Shown here: positions 37,218 through 46,946 of the stretch, piece after piece
How the letters are laid out: each line of letters opens with the position of its first letter
How positions within the stretch are numbered: position 1 is the stretch's first letter
Assembly: GCA_038061925.1 (NCBI GenBank)
Contig: JBBTYD010000002.1
Span: 352 to 64,351, forward strand
Origin: Patescibacteria group bacterium
Lineage (GTDB): Bacteria; Patescibacteriota; Minisyncoccia; Phycocordibacterales; UBA9973
Direction of reading: 5' to 3'
Length of the DNA stretch: 64,000 bases
Position numbers and translations under genes: made by a program
Notes under the pieces: generated by a model
Told to the model about the DNA's origin: nothing
The model's input: only the letters and a program-made list of their open reading frames with translations
Databases searched by the model: none

Positions 37218-37910
37218 TTATTTCAAAACTTTTTTAACCTTTCTATAAATTTCTTGATGAATATTTTCGCGAGTTTCTATCTGGCCATTTTTTGCGCATT
37301 CTATTTTAATCCAACCCTTTTGCGTCTTTGAAAGCCATAGCGCTGTTTTATGAGAATTGGTTAAATACGGAATGTTTCCCTCCATAATATCCTTCCGCTT
37401 TCCCGTATACGCCCGAGAATTTATCCGGTTGCGTTCCTTTATCAACTTTAAAATAATATTCATCGGAACGTGCAAATAAAAAACAGCCTCCGGTCTCGGA
37501 ACCTTAAAAACTTTATATTCCATTTCATCCAGCCATCTTATAAAATTTTTACGTTTCTTAGTATTGACAATTTTTCCGCCTTGGTGAATTTGATTGGCGC
37601 TCACATATCTGTTTGAAAGAATTATATAACCTTTCTTTAACCAATTTTTTATTTCTTCGGAAGATTCCCACCGATCGGCCGCATAGGCGATAGAAGCAAT
37701 TTTAGGATGAATATTTATCCAATTATAATATTGCTCCGATAGACAGTGCCCGATAAATTTGCCGAAAAAGTTTTTATAATATTCTGGAAAATCAAAAAGT
37801 CTGACGGTATAACCATCTTTGATAAGTCGCGCGCCCAAGAGTTTGACTTGCGTCGCCTTCCCGCTTCCGTCTGTGCCATCGATCACTATGAGTTTGCCTC
37901 TTTTCGCCAT
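37218..37910 (-). CDS. tmk: Thymidylate kinase
   Basis: IVIDGTDGSGKATQ, YAADR, NRYVSAN; adjacent to dut. Confidence 0.93.
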   Translation of the reverse strand: MAKRGKLIVIDGTDGSGKATQVKLLGARLIKDGYTVRLFDFPEYYKNFFGKFIGHCLSEQYYNWINIHPKIASIAYAADRWESSEEIKNWLKKGYIILSNRYVSANQIHQGGKIVNTKKRKNFIRWLDEMEYKVFKVPRPEAVFYLHVPMNIILKLIKERNRINSRAYTGKRKDIMEGNIPYLTNSHKTALWLSKTQKGWIKIECAKNGQIETRENIHQEIYRKVKKVLK

Positions 37911-37954
37911 ACCTAAAATATAGCAGAAAAACACCTAAATTGAAAATTAATTTT

Positions 37955-39199
37955 CTACACAAATCTTTTTGGTATTGGAAACTTCTTGGCAAGAGTTTTG
38001 ATTTCTTTATGCGCAGATTCTTTCAATTTCTTATCATCTTTATTTTTCAAGACCTGAATCATAAGTTCCGCGACCCGTTTGCATTCTTTCTCCTTAAAAC
38101 CTCTGGTGGTGATAGCTGGCGTGCCAAATCTAATCCCAGAAGGATCAAGGGGTTTTCTGATATCTCCCGCAATAGAATTCATATTGAGTGTTATCCCTAC
38201 TTCATCAAGCACCGTCTGCGCTTCTTTTCCGGTCACTCCCAAAGAACCAAATACGTCAGCCAGAATAAGATGATTGTCCGTACCGCCACCAATCAAGCGG
38301 ATATTGTGTTGGCGAAAAATTTCTGCCATCGCTTTGGCATTTTTTAAAATCTGCTCTGCGTATTTTTTATACTTGGGGGTCATCGCTTCTCCAAAAGCTA
38401 CCGCTTTGGCGGCAATTATGTGCATATGCGGTCCGCCTTGGATTCCAGGAAAAATAGCTTTATCGATTTTCTTGGCTATTTCTTCACTCTCCCGAGTGAG
38501 AATTATTCCTCCGCGTGGACCCCGAAGAGTCTTGTGGGTAGTAGAAGTGATAATATCAAATCCATCATCAAATGGATTGCGTAAAACGCCAGCGGCAATA
38601 AGTCCGGCAATGTGCGCCATATCCGCCATAGTGATAGCGCCTACTTCCCGAGCAATTTCCACAAACTTTTTATAATCGAGTGTTCGAGGATATGCCGAGA
38701 ATCCAGCAATGATTAATTTTGGTTTTTTTTCTATCGCGGTTTTACGCAAATTTTCAAAATCAATTTCCCCCGTATCTGGATTTTTCATTTTATAGGTAAC
38801 AAATTTATATATCTTCGCGGGAAGAGTCATCGGGTGTCCATGCGTGAGGTGTCCTCCGTGTGAAAGATCCATACCAAGAACTGTGTCTCCGGGTTCCAAA
38901 AGCGCAGCGTAAACAGCCAAATTGGCGGGAGCGCCAGAGTGTGGTTGAACATTAGCAAATTTGCAATTAAATAATTTACAGACACGCTCGATTGCCAGAC
39001 GTTCAATCGCATCCGTAAAATCTTGCCCTCCATAATATCTGCGCCCCGGATAACCTTCAGAATATTTATTTGTAAATACCGAACCATTCGCTTCTAAGAC
39101 ATCTTTAGAAACATAATTCTCGGAGGGAATAAGCTCCAAGCCCTCTCTTTGCCTTTTCTCTTCGGCTTTTATTAATCTTTCTACTTGTTTGTCTCGCAT
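37955..39199 (-). CDS. glyA: Serine hydroxymethyltransferase
   Basis: LIPSENY, NKYSEGYPGRRYYGG, GGHLTHG, TTHKTLRGPRGG, FPGIQGGP. Confidence 0.98.
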   Translation of the reverse strand: MRDKQVERLIKAEEKRQREGLELIPSENYVSKDVLEANGSVFTNKYSEGYPGRRYYGGQDFTDAIERLAIERVCKLFNCKFANVQPHSGAPANLAVYAALLEPGDTVLGMDLSHGGHLTHGHPMTLPAKIYKFVTYKMKNPDTGEIDFENLRKTAIEKKPKLIIAGFSAYPRTLDYKKFVEIAREVGAITMADMAHIAGLIAAGVLRNPFDDGFDIITSTTHKTLRGPRGGIILTRESEEIAKKIDKAIFPGIQGGPHMHIIAAKAVAFGEAMTPKYKKYAEQILKNAKAMAEIFRQHNIRLIGGGTDNHLILADVFGSLGVTGKEAQTVLDEVGITLNMNSIAGDIRKPLDPSGIRFGTPAITTRGFKEKECKRVAELMIQVLKNKDDKKLKESAHKEIKTLAKKFPIPKRFV

Positions 39200-39227
39200 A
39201 TTTTTATTATAACATGAGTTTTTTTAT

Positions 39228-40109
39228 TTATCGGCGAAATGAAAATCCAGTATTTTGACCATCAGATTTCATAATTATATTACCCAATAAATCAGTTCTT
39301 AAAATCTTTACGCCAGATGAAGCTAAAGTTTCCAATGTATCTTGATGCGGATGGCCATATTTATTATCCTTGCCATTGGAGATAAGCGCGTAGGAGGGCG
39401 TTACGGCTTTTACAAATTCTTGTGATGTAGAAGTGCGGGAACCATGATGTCCCACTTTCAAAACAGTGCTTTTAAGCGCATCGGTGGAATTTTCTCTAAG
39501 AATTATCTTTTCAGTTAGCATTGTCGCGTCACCCGTCAACATAACGGAACTTGCGCCGTAAGTGAGCTTGGCGACCACTGATCCATCATTGCTTGCCCAA
39601 GTTGAGACATCTTGATCCGGAAATAAAATATCGATTACTGCCCCGCCTCCAATCTCGAGTCGCATTCCCCGTTTTGCCAAAATATCTGGAATATTTTTAT
39701 TTTTTATTTCGTTCTCAAGATTTTGATAAGTTTTAGAATCATTATAAGTGCCAGACTCAAAGACTCTATCCACTTTATACATTTTCAAAACATCCAGAAA
39801 TCCGCCAATATGATCTTGATCGGGGTTAGTAATAATAATTGCGTCTAGATGCTTATCGAATGGAGACATCACGCGCGCCAGAGCGCTTAATATCTTTCTG
39901 GGCGGACCGCCATCAACTAATATCTGCGTTCCAGTCGGCGACTCAATAAAAAATGCGTCACCTTGACCAATATCTAACATCGCAAAAGTAAGTCCTCGAT
40001 GAGAATCTTGAAAGTCTTGATAGAAAATACAAATAGCGACTATAAAAAGAAAAAAAGTGAAAATAAGCGAGCCATATTCCTTGAAATATATCTTGCACTT
40101 TTCAAACAT
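39228..40109 (-). CDS. ComEC/Rec2-type metallo-beta-lactamase domain protein
   Basis: LDIGQGDA, TNPDQDHIGG, LTGDA, LKVGHHGS, NKYGHP, RTD. Confidence 0.92.
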   Translation of the reverse strand: MFEKCKIYFKEYGSLIFTFFLFIVAICIFYQDFQDSHRGLTFAMLDIGQGDAFFIESPTGTQILVDGGPPRKILSALARVMSPFDKHLDAIIITNPDQDHIGGFLDVLKMYKVDRVFESGTYNDSKTYQNLENEIKNKNIPDILAKRGMRLEIGGGAVIDILFPDQDVSTWASNDGSVVAKLTYGASSVMLTGDATMLTEKIILRENSTDALKSTVLKVGHHGSRTSTSQEFVKAVTPSYALISNGKDNKYGHPHQDTLETLASSGVKILRTDLLGNIIMKSDGQNTGFSFRR

Positions 40110-40174
40110 GTTATAATGTTAGCATATTAATAATTAACTAATAGAATTATGCTCAGTAGATTTTGCAAAATCGC

Positions 40175-40765
40175 ATGAAAAAATTTGAAGAACTAAAATT
40201 TGATATTGGAGCATTAAAGGGAATATCCAAAAAGACCATTGAGGAACACCTAAAACTTTATGCTGGATACGTGAAACATAGCAATCTCATTTTGGACCAT
40301 ATAATCGAACTTTCAAAAGACAGCGAAAAAAATGCTTATGAACTTGGAGAAATTCAACGCCGTTTTGCTTTTGAATTTGATGGAATGCGAAATCATGAAT
40401 ATTATTTCAAGAGTTTAGAAGGCGGAGTAAAAATAATGAAAGAAGAAAGTCCGCTTAAAAAAGCGATAAAGGAAGAATGGGGTAGCGTTGATCTTTGGTT
40501 CGCCCGCTTCAAAACAATTGCTCTGACGCGAGGGATTGGCTGGGCCGTGCTTTATTATGACCCCATCGATAAAAAAATGATCAATGCTTGGATCGATGAA
40601 CAGCATCTGGGACACCTAACTGGACTTCAGTGGATTTTTGGAATTGATATGTGGGAACATTCCTTTTATCTGGATTATGCGACCGATAAGAAAAAATATA
40701 TTGATGCTTTTTTAGACAATGTTAACTGGGAAGTCGTAGAAGAAAATTTTAAAAAGGCGCAATAA
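40175..40765 (+). CDS. sod: Fe/Mn superoxide dismutase
   Basis: EEHLKLY, NHEYYF, RGIGW, DMWEHSFY. Confidence 0.92.
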   Translation: MKKFEELKFDIGALKGISKKTIEEHLKLYAGYVKHSNLILDHIIELSKDSEKNAYELGEIQRRFAFEFDGMRNHEYYFKSLEGGVKIMKEESPLKKAIKEEWGSVDLWFARFKTIALTRGIGWAVLYYDPIDKKMINAWIDEQHLGHLTGLQWIFGIDMWEHSFYLDYATDKKKYIDAFLDNVNWEVVEENFKKAQ

Positions 40766-42224
40766 AAAAATTTTTTATGTTCCCGCCAAAAAGTCTATAA
40801 ATAAAATAGATATAGATCGGAATTGTTAAAAATAAAGGAAAATCTGGAAAAGAAAACGCCGCAAATGGCAAATTGGAGAAAAAATTTATAATTCCGAGTT
40901 CATAATGCAAAAACAGATATGAGATATATCCGAGCGGCACAACTAGCACATATGAAATAAATCCGATAAAACCAGTCATGAATCCAAGGATCATTGTAAG
41001 AGGAATAAAAGGTAAAATTAAAACATTAGCCGGCAAAGCAACAAGAGAGAAATTACCCATTTTGTAAAGAATAAAAGGGAAAACAAAAACATAGGCGGCA
41101 AAAGTCACAGACACAATATCTCTCAAGCCGAAATGTTTAGGCACCCAGAAGAAATATTTTTCAATGCGAGGAGCTAGAAATATAACCGCGACCGTCGCAA
41201 TAAAAGAAAGTTGAAAAGAAACATCGTAAACAAGCACAAATGGATTGAGCGTTACCATTCCCACCGCGGCAAGCATAAGCGCTCGCGCGACATCGTAATT
41301 CCGACCGGTGGCGCGAGCAATGAGCGCCAAAGTCGCCATGATACCGGCCCGGATGGCCGTGGAACTCCCGCCAGTCATTAATATAAAAAGAAAAATTGAG
41401 AAAATACCAGCACCAATGCTGATATTTGGAGGTAAAAAGGCAAATAATTTCATAAACCATTGCGCAACCATGGTTACATTGTAACCGGAGAGAGCGACGA
41501 TATGGATCGTGCCGGTATTAACAAAGCTAGCCCTTAAGGCCTGATTAAAAGAAGATTTCTCTCCCAAAATAAGCCCGCCTAAGAGAAGTGATTCGGGATT
41601 TTGAATCGCTGAATTTATTTTTTCCAAAAATTTTTCTTTGACCGAAAAGAGCATGCTTTTGATAAAATTGCCATTCCCCTGCGAAATAGTTTTAATTTTA
41701 GGATAATTCATTACATAAAAAATTCCGTCTTTTCTTAAATAATTTAGATAGTCAAATTTTTTTCATTGATCCGTAAAAAAATTCTCCGGTTTTTTTAAAA
41801 CTCCTTCAAATTTAATTTCATCACCGTATTTATAATCTTTACCCAAACTGGCTGATAGCAATATTCTAATCTGGTTTTTCCCAGATATCGTTTGAACAGT
41901 TATTTTTTGATTATTTTCTCCAACACTTGGCTCATCAATAATTTTTCCAGAAAAAGAGACTCGCTGGCCTACTTGCGATTCAAAAATACTTGACGCCGGC
42001 ACGTCAACCGCCTGAAACCTTAAAATTCCAAGACAAAATGTTAGAATAAAAATTGAAGATAAAATTCCCCATTTATCTTTTGAGATCAGAGAAAAAAATA
42101 AAAATAATCCAAAACTAATCACACCAAACAGAATTATTAAATGAAAATTTAACGAAATAAAAGAGCGCCAAAGAACTCCCAATATAAAACCAAAACAAAT
42201 GATAAAAAAAATTCTATCTCGCAT
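40749..42224 (-). pseudogene. comEC: ComEC channel (N-terminal OB-like + Competence domains) interrupted by one in-frame TGA at 41763-41765
   Basis: Continuous frame ...ENFFTDQ*KKFDYLNYLRKDGIFYVMNYP...; HIVALSGYN, RAGIM, SFQLSF motifs. Confidence 0.85.
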
Positions 42225-42250
42225 TTAGGAAAGACGCAAAAAATTATTTA

Positions 42251-42736
42251 TTATTTTTTAAGTTCTACTGGCTCTCCCTCCGCAAAACTGGTGGCAATGA
42301 GATCAGCTCGTTCATTATATTTATCTTCATTGTGTCCTTTCACATAAGTCCATTTAGGTTTCAATTCTTTGGTAAGCGTATGAAGCTTTTCCCAAAGTTC
42401 TCTATTTAAAACAGGTTTTCTGTTAGCATTTCGCCAATTGTTTTTCATCCAATTTTGTATCCATTCTGTGATTCCCAAAATCACATATTTGGAATCCGAA
42501 ACAATTTCTATATTACTCTTAGCTAGGCCTTGCCTAGCTAGAAATTTAAGCGCTTCAATTGGAGCAGTTAATTCCATTTGATTATTAGTAGCGTATTCTA
42601 CCCGTCCCCCTATCTCCTCTATATTCCTTTGGCCGTCATAATTTTGCCTCAACAAAATGACAGCGGCCCAACCAGCTTTTCCTGGATTTCCTCTCGCTGC
42701 TCCATCAGTGTAAATTTTAATCTTGTTTTTAGACAT
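42251..42736 (-). CDS. rnhA: Ribonuclease HI
   Basis: YTDGAARGNPG, TNNQMEL, SDSKYV..GI, NRELW, VKGH..NERAD. Confidence 0.96.
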   Translation of the reverse strand: MSKNKIKIYTDGAARGNPGKAGWAAVILLRQNYDGQRNIEEIGGRVEYATNNQMELTAPIEALKFLARQGLAKSNIEIVSDSKYVILGITEWIQNWMKNNWRNANRKPVLNRELWEKLHTLTKELKPKWTYVKGHNEDKYNERADLIATSFAEGEPVELKK

Positions 42737-42740
42737 ATTT

Positions 42741-44489
42741 TTACGGTATATCAATAATTCTTAATCTTAATTCTTCTCGACCGCGAAAACGAGACAAATC
42801 GAAAGTGGCTAACAAGTTTACAGCCAGTCCTTCTGTTAAAATATTTTTGAAAGAATTGACACTGGAAAAAAAAGAAATTGCCTTGGCTTTATTATTATTT
42901 TTGTCAGAAAAAATAATTTCTAAATGCTCACCAGAACCATTCTTGCCAAATTTTTTTATTTTTTCTATTTTTACATTTTCAAAAAGAAAAATGGGTTTCG
43001 GATTGCCAAACCCAAAAGGCGCCAATTTCTCTATCTCTCGCCAATTTTTCATATTTACATTTTCTAAAATCAGCTTCATATCATAATTTTCTTGCCTTAA
43101 GCTCGCTCGAGGGTTTCTTTTTACCTTATTAAAATTTGCAGATAATGCCTCTTCTAAGAAGTGAATTTTATCTTTCTGAACAGTAAATCCTCCAGCCAGC
43201 TCATGGCCACCAAAGTCTATAAACGATTCGCGGGTCTCTGCCATCAGCTCCACCACCGAGACCGAACCATCGCTCCGGCAAGAACCCTTGATGCAATCAT
43301 TCTCATCTTTTCCCCAAACAAAAACAGGCTTTTTGTAAACATCCGAAATTTTCCCAGCGATAAGTCCCAACACCCCCACACGCCAATTGGGATTTCCAAT
43401 TACAATTACTTCAGTTATTTTTCTTTTTTCAAATTTTTTATTCACCTCGCGCATAATACTCGTCACCATTGTTTTTCTTTCATCATTTATTTTTGACAAA
43501 TGGTCCGCCAACCTACTTCCTTCTATTTCATCCGCGGTAGCGAGAAGTTCAAAGGCCCTCATTGGATCATCCATCCGAGATGCAGCATTCAGTCTGGGGG
43601 TCACCATAAAACCAATGTCATCTTCTGAAAGATACCTCTGATCAATATTCATTTTCACTAGAAGTTTTTGTAACCCTGGACGAGGAGATTTTTTCAACAC
43701 TTTCATTCCAAAATGCGCGAGCGTTCTATTTTCTCCTACAAGCGGAACCATATCAGAAAGCGTGGCCAGTCCAGCCATATCCAACATCCATTTTTCCATA
43801 CCATCTTTTATTTTAAACTGTTTATTCCCTTGGCCATACTTTTTTATAAAACCTTGCACAAATTTAAAAACAACACCTGCGCCACAAAGCATTTTTTCTT
43901 CATACTCGTCTATTTTGGGATTCAAAATCGCATAGGCGCGAGGCAAAATAAAAGCGGAAGTCGGCAGAGAATTTTCGAGCTGGTCTGGCTGACCCTCTTC
44001 CGAGGACCCGAGAAAATTTTCTGCCGACGAAGTTTTAGGTAAATGATGGTCAGTAATTATCACATCAACACCAAGGGTAGATGCTTGGGCCACTTCCGCC
44101 ACGGCTGTAATGCCAAGATCAACGGTAATTAATAATTTTACGCCAGATTCTGCAAATCTTTTTAACACGTCAAGATTAAGTCCATATCCTTCAGAATTTC
44201 TTTGTGGTATATAAACCTCATAATTTTTGTGATCTATCTTTTTAAATAAATCACTCAAAATTACGGCTCCTGGTATTCCATCGCAATCATAATCCGCATA
44301 AATGATTATTTTCTCTTTGTTTTCTACCGCTTTATGCAGTCGCACACAAGACCTCTCCATATCTCGCATCAAAAAAGGGTCATGCAAGTCTCGCCGATAA
44401 TCTGGATTAATAAAGATATCAGCTTCCGTCTCGGTTAGAATGCCTCGCTTCTCAAAGAGTGTCTTTAACAACTCGCCATATTTTTGCAT
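42741..44489 (-). CDS. recJ: ssDNA exonuclease RecJ
   Basis: DYDCDG, EGYG, VDLG, TDHH, PRLNAASR, GSCRS, GGHELAGG. Start taken at MQKY. Confidence 0.95.
   Translation of the reverse strand: MQKYGELLKTLFEKRGILTETEADIFINPDYRRDLHDPFLMRDMERSCVRLHKAVENKEKIIIYADYDCDGIPGAVILSDLFKKIDHKNYEVYIPQRNSEGYGLNLDVLKRFAESGVKLLITVDLGITAVAEVAQASTLGVDVIITDHHLPKTSSAENFLGSSEEGQPDQLENSLPTSAFILPRAYAILNPKIDEYEEKMLCGAGVVFKFVQGFIKKYGQGNKQFKIKDGMEKWMLDMAGLATLSDMVPLVGENRTLAHFGMKVLKKSPRPGLQKLLVKMNIDQRYLSEDDIGFMVTPRLNAASRMDDPMRAFELLATADEIEGSRLADHLSKINDERKTMVTSIMREVNKKFEKRKITEVIVIGNPNWRVGVLGLIAGKISDVYKKPVFVWGKDENDCIKGSCRSDGSVSVVELMAETRESFIDFGGHELAGGFTVQKDKIHFLEEALSANFNKVKRNPRASLRQENYDMKLILENVNMKNWREIEKLAPFGFGNPKPIFLFENVKIEKIKKFGKNGSGEHLEIIFSDKNNNKAKAISFFSSVNSFKNILTEGLAVNLLATFDLSRFRGREELRLRIIDIP
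43960..44028 (-). repeat. Conserved-core hairpin element, copy 4, in-frame within recJ
   Basis: Minus-strand core GGTCCTCGGAAGAGGGTCAGCCAGACCA (44008-43981) with 16-bp arms; 69 bp total; encodes SAENFLGSSEEGQPDQLENSLP after the DHH motif. Confidence 0.92.
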
Positions 44490-44517
44490 AACTAGAATTT
44501 TAGCATATAATACAAAT

Positions 44518-44934
44518 ATGAAGAATGATTGTATTTTTTGTAAAATAATCAAAGGAGAAATATCGTGTAATAAAATATATGAAGATGATAATGTTTTGGC
44601 TTTTTTAGATATTGCGCCAGTGAACATCGGACATTCTCTAGTAATACCCAAAAAACATTTTTTAAATATTTACGAAACTCCTGAGGGAATATTGACGGAA
44701 ATGATGAAGGTTGTAAAAATAATTTCTCATGCTCTAAAGAGCGGACTAAACGCGGATGGTATAAATATAACAATGAACAACGAAGGAGCCGCGGGACAGG
44801 TAGTTTTCCACTCGCATATTCATATAATCCCAAGAATCAAAAATGACGGCTTCGGTTTATGGTGTGGCAAAAAACCCTATCAAGAAGGCGAAGCAATAAA
44901 AGTCGCTAAAAAAATTGTTTCTTCTATTCCATAA
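44518..44934 (+). CDS. HIT family protein
   Basis: DCIFCKI, FLDI.P...GH.LVIPK.H, AGQVVFHSHIHIIPR. Confidence 0.95.
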   Translation: MKNDCIFCKIIKGEISCNKIYEDDNVLAFLDIAPVNIGHSLVIPKKHFLNIYETPEGILTEMMKVVKIISHALKSGLNADGINITMNNEGAAGQVVFHSHIHIIPRIKNDGFGLWCGKKPYQEGEAIKVAKKIVSSIP

Positions 44935-46147
44935 GCGCCCTAAGCGCTGGTAATTCTTTGCCTGCTAAAAATTCCAAAGTAGCGCCCCCGGCCAGACTTA
45001 TGTGCGAGTAATCGCCGAGACTTCCATATTTTCGAGCAACATCTATAGTATCTCCACCAGCAATAGTGGTATCTCCCCTAAGATTTTCTTTGCAATTTTT
45101 CATAGCAACAAGTATAGCCTTTGAACCTTGCGCAAATTCTTCATCTTCGAACTTTCCCATCGGACCGTTTAAGAAAACAGTTTCGGATTGATTGATAACA
45201 AGAGAATATTCTTTTTGAGCTTCTGGTCCGATATCAAGAATCTTCCATCCCATAGGAATTTCCTCTGTAGTGATGATTTTTGTAGAAGTACCGTCAGATA
45301 TAACAAGATCTCTTGGAATTACAATTTTTTTACCCAAAGACTGCGCTTGTTTTAATATATCTTTTGCCTCTTGCACCCAATTCTTTTTTTCACGTTTCGC
45401 TTTATCTACAAAAACATCTTCAATGAAAGAATCTCCAAGTACTCTGCCTTGCGCTTTCAAAAAAACGTTCGCCACGGCTCCCCCGACCAGAATGGTATCT
45501 GCTATAACTAATAAATTATGAATAGCATCCACTTTATCGGAAATTTTTGCTCCGCCAATAATAACTATAAAAGGATGTTTCGGATTCTCTAGTAAAGAAG
45601 ATAACATTTCAACTTCATGTCGTAAATAAAGACCGGCGATAGCTGGCAAATGCCTTTCAATACCAGTCGTAGACGCATGAATTCTGTGCGCTTGAGGAAA
45701 ACCATCAAAAACAATCATATCTTTTCCTTTGCAGAGTTTTTGCGCAAATTCATCATCATCAATTATTTCCTCGTTGTAAAATCTTACGTTTTCAAGCATT
45801 AAAATATCACCAGAACACATATCAGAAATTTTTTTATCCACCGATGGGCCAATACAATCATCAATTTGATCAATTGGGTGATTTAAAAGCTTACTTAATC
45901 TCTTCGCATGAGGATTGGTGCGAAGCGTTTCCACAATTTTTCCATCAGGACGCCCCACATAAGTAAGAATAACTATTCTACAATTTTCTTTCAAAAGATA
46001 TTGCAGTGTAGGAAGCGTTGCCGTTATGCGCATATCATCTACAGGCTCCAGAATCCCATCTACTTCTTTCAGTTCAATATCATAAGGCGCGCGATAAAGA
46101 ATAGTCTTACCTTTCAAATTTACGCTCTCTAAGATTTTAAGCTTCAT
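44924..46147 (-). CDS. pgk: Phosphoglycerate kinase
   Basis: LENVRF, AHRIHAS, GGAKISDK, NGPMGKFE, GGDT, SHISLAGGATLEF. Confidence 0.95.
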   Translation of the reverse strand: MKLKILESVNLKGKTILYRAPYDIELKEVDGILEPVDDMRITATLPTLQYLLKENCRIVILTYVGRPDGKIVETLRTNPHAKRLSKLLNHPIDQIDDCIGPSVDKKISDMCSGDILMLENVRFYNEEIIDDDEFAQKLCKGKDMIVFDGFPQAHRIHASTTGIERHLPAIAGLYLRHEVEMLSSLLENPKHPFIVIIGGAKISDKVDAIHNLLVIADTILVGGAVANVFLKAQGRVLGDSFIEDVFVDKAKREKKNWVQEAKDILKQAQSLGKKIVIPRDLVISDGTSTKIITTEEIPMGWKILDIGPEAQKEYSLVINQSETVFLNGPMGKFEDEEFAQGSKAILVAMKNCKENLRGDTTIAGGDTIDVARKYGSLGDYSHISLAGGATLEFLAGKELPALRALME

Positions 46148-46148
46148 C

Positions 46149-46916
46149 TTAAGAAATACTTTCTGCGATACTAATAATTTCTGTAAACTTTTTTGGGTCT
46201 AAACTCGCGCGACCCGGAAGCAGTCCATCGACCCCTCCATTTTGTAAAAAATCAAGGGCGTCTTTTTCATTGGCCGAACCGCCATAAATAACTCGCGCGC
46301 GCGCTCCATCCGCGCCAAATTTATCAGAGAGAATTTTGCGAATAAAAATAGTCATTTCCAAGGAATCAGCCGGGGTAGCATCATAACGATTGATCGTGCT
46401 AGAAATTGCCCAAATTGGTTCGTAGGCAACAATAATTTTCGAAATCAAAGTTTTTTTAACTCCATTTAAACATTCTTCCAGTTGTGTTTTCACTAAACTA
46501 AAATAACTGTGACTTTCATCACGAACACTTTCCCCGACGCAGAGCACCGAAACAAGCCCCGCTCCGAGCGATACCTTGATTTTTTTATTAACGAACGCAT
46601 TTGTTTCTCCCAGCGCTCGTCTTTCCGAATGCCCCAAGATCACGTACCTAGCGCCAATATTATAAAGCATTTCGGCAGACACTTCGCCCGTAAAAGCGCC
46701 CGGCTCATCCCCAAAAGCATTTTGCGCGCCGAGTTTTATTTTGTTGGTTCTAATTTTTGTTAATTTTTCCAAATATAAAAACGGCGGACAGATTACAATT
46801 TCTGTTTTTTTCACGGTAGAAACATTTTTCACTACATCATTAAACAATTTTTCCGCCTCTTTCAGAGTAAGCGGATTCATTTTCCAATTGCCAATAATTA
46901 TCGTCCTCTTAGCCAT
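46149..46916 (-). CDS. tpiA: Triosephosphate isomerase
   Basis: GNWKMN, GHSERR, AYEPIWAI, YGGS. Confidence 0.97.
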   Translation of the reverse strand: MAKRTIIIGNWKMNPLTLKEAEKLFNDVVKNVSTVKKTEIVICPPFLYLEKLTKIRTNKIKLGAQNAFGDEPGAFTGEVSAEMLYNIGARYVILGHSERRALGETNAFVNKKIKVSLGAGLVSVLCVGESVRDESHSYFSLVKTQLEECLNGVKKTLISKIIVAYEPIWAISSTINRYDATPADSLEMTIFIRKILSDKFGADGARARVIYGGSANEKDALDFLQNGGVDGLLPGRASLDPKKFTEIISIAESIS

Positions 46917-46946
46917 AATGGCAAATTATAGCATAAATAACATAAT

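Noticed and set aside
41763-41765. UGA=Gly recoding (genetic code 25) or selenocysteine
   Set aside because: TGA terminates ftsK, efp, nusA and tig at expected ends, other conserved genes have no internal TGA, and no SECIS-like hairpin follows.
44490-44651. Long N-terminal extension making recJ and the HIT gene overlap head-to-head
   Set aside because: Homology-like sequence begins at Met 44489 and Met 44518; the extension is antisense read-through.
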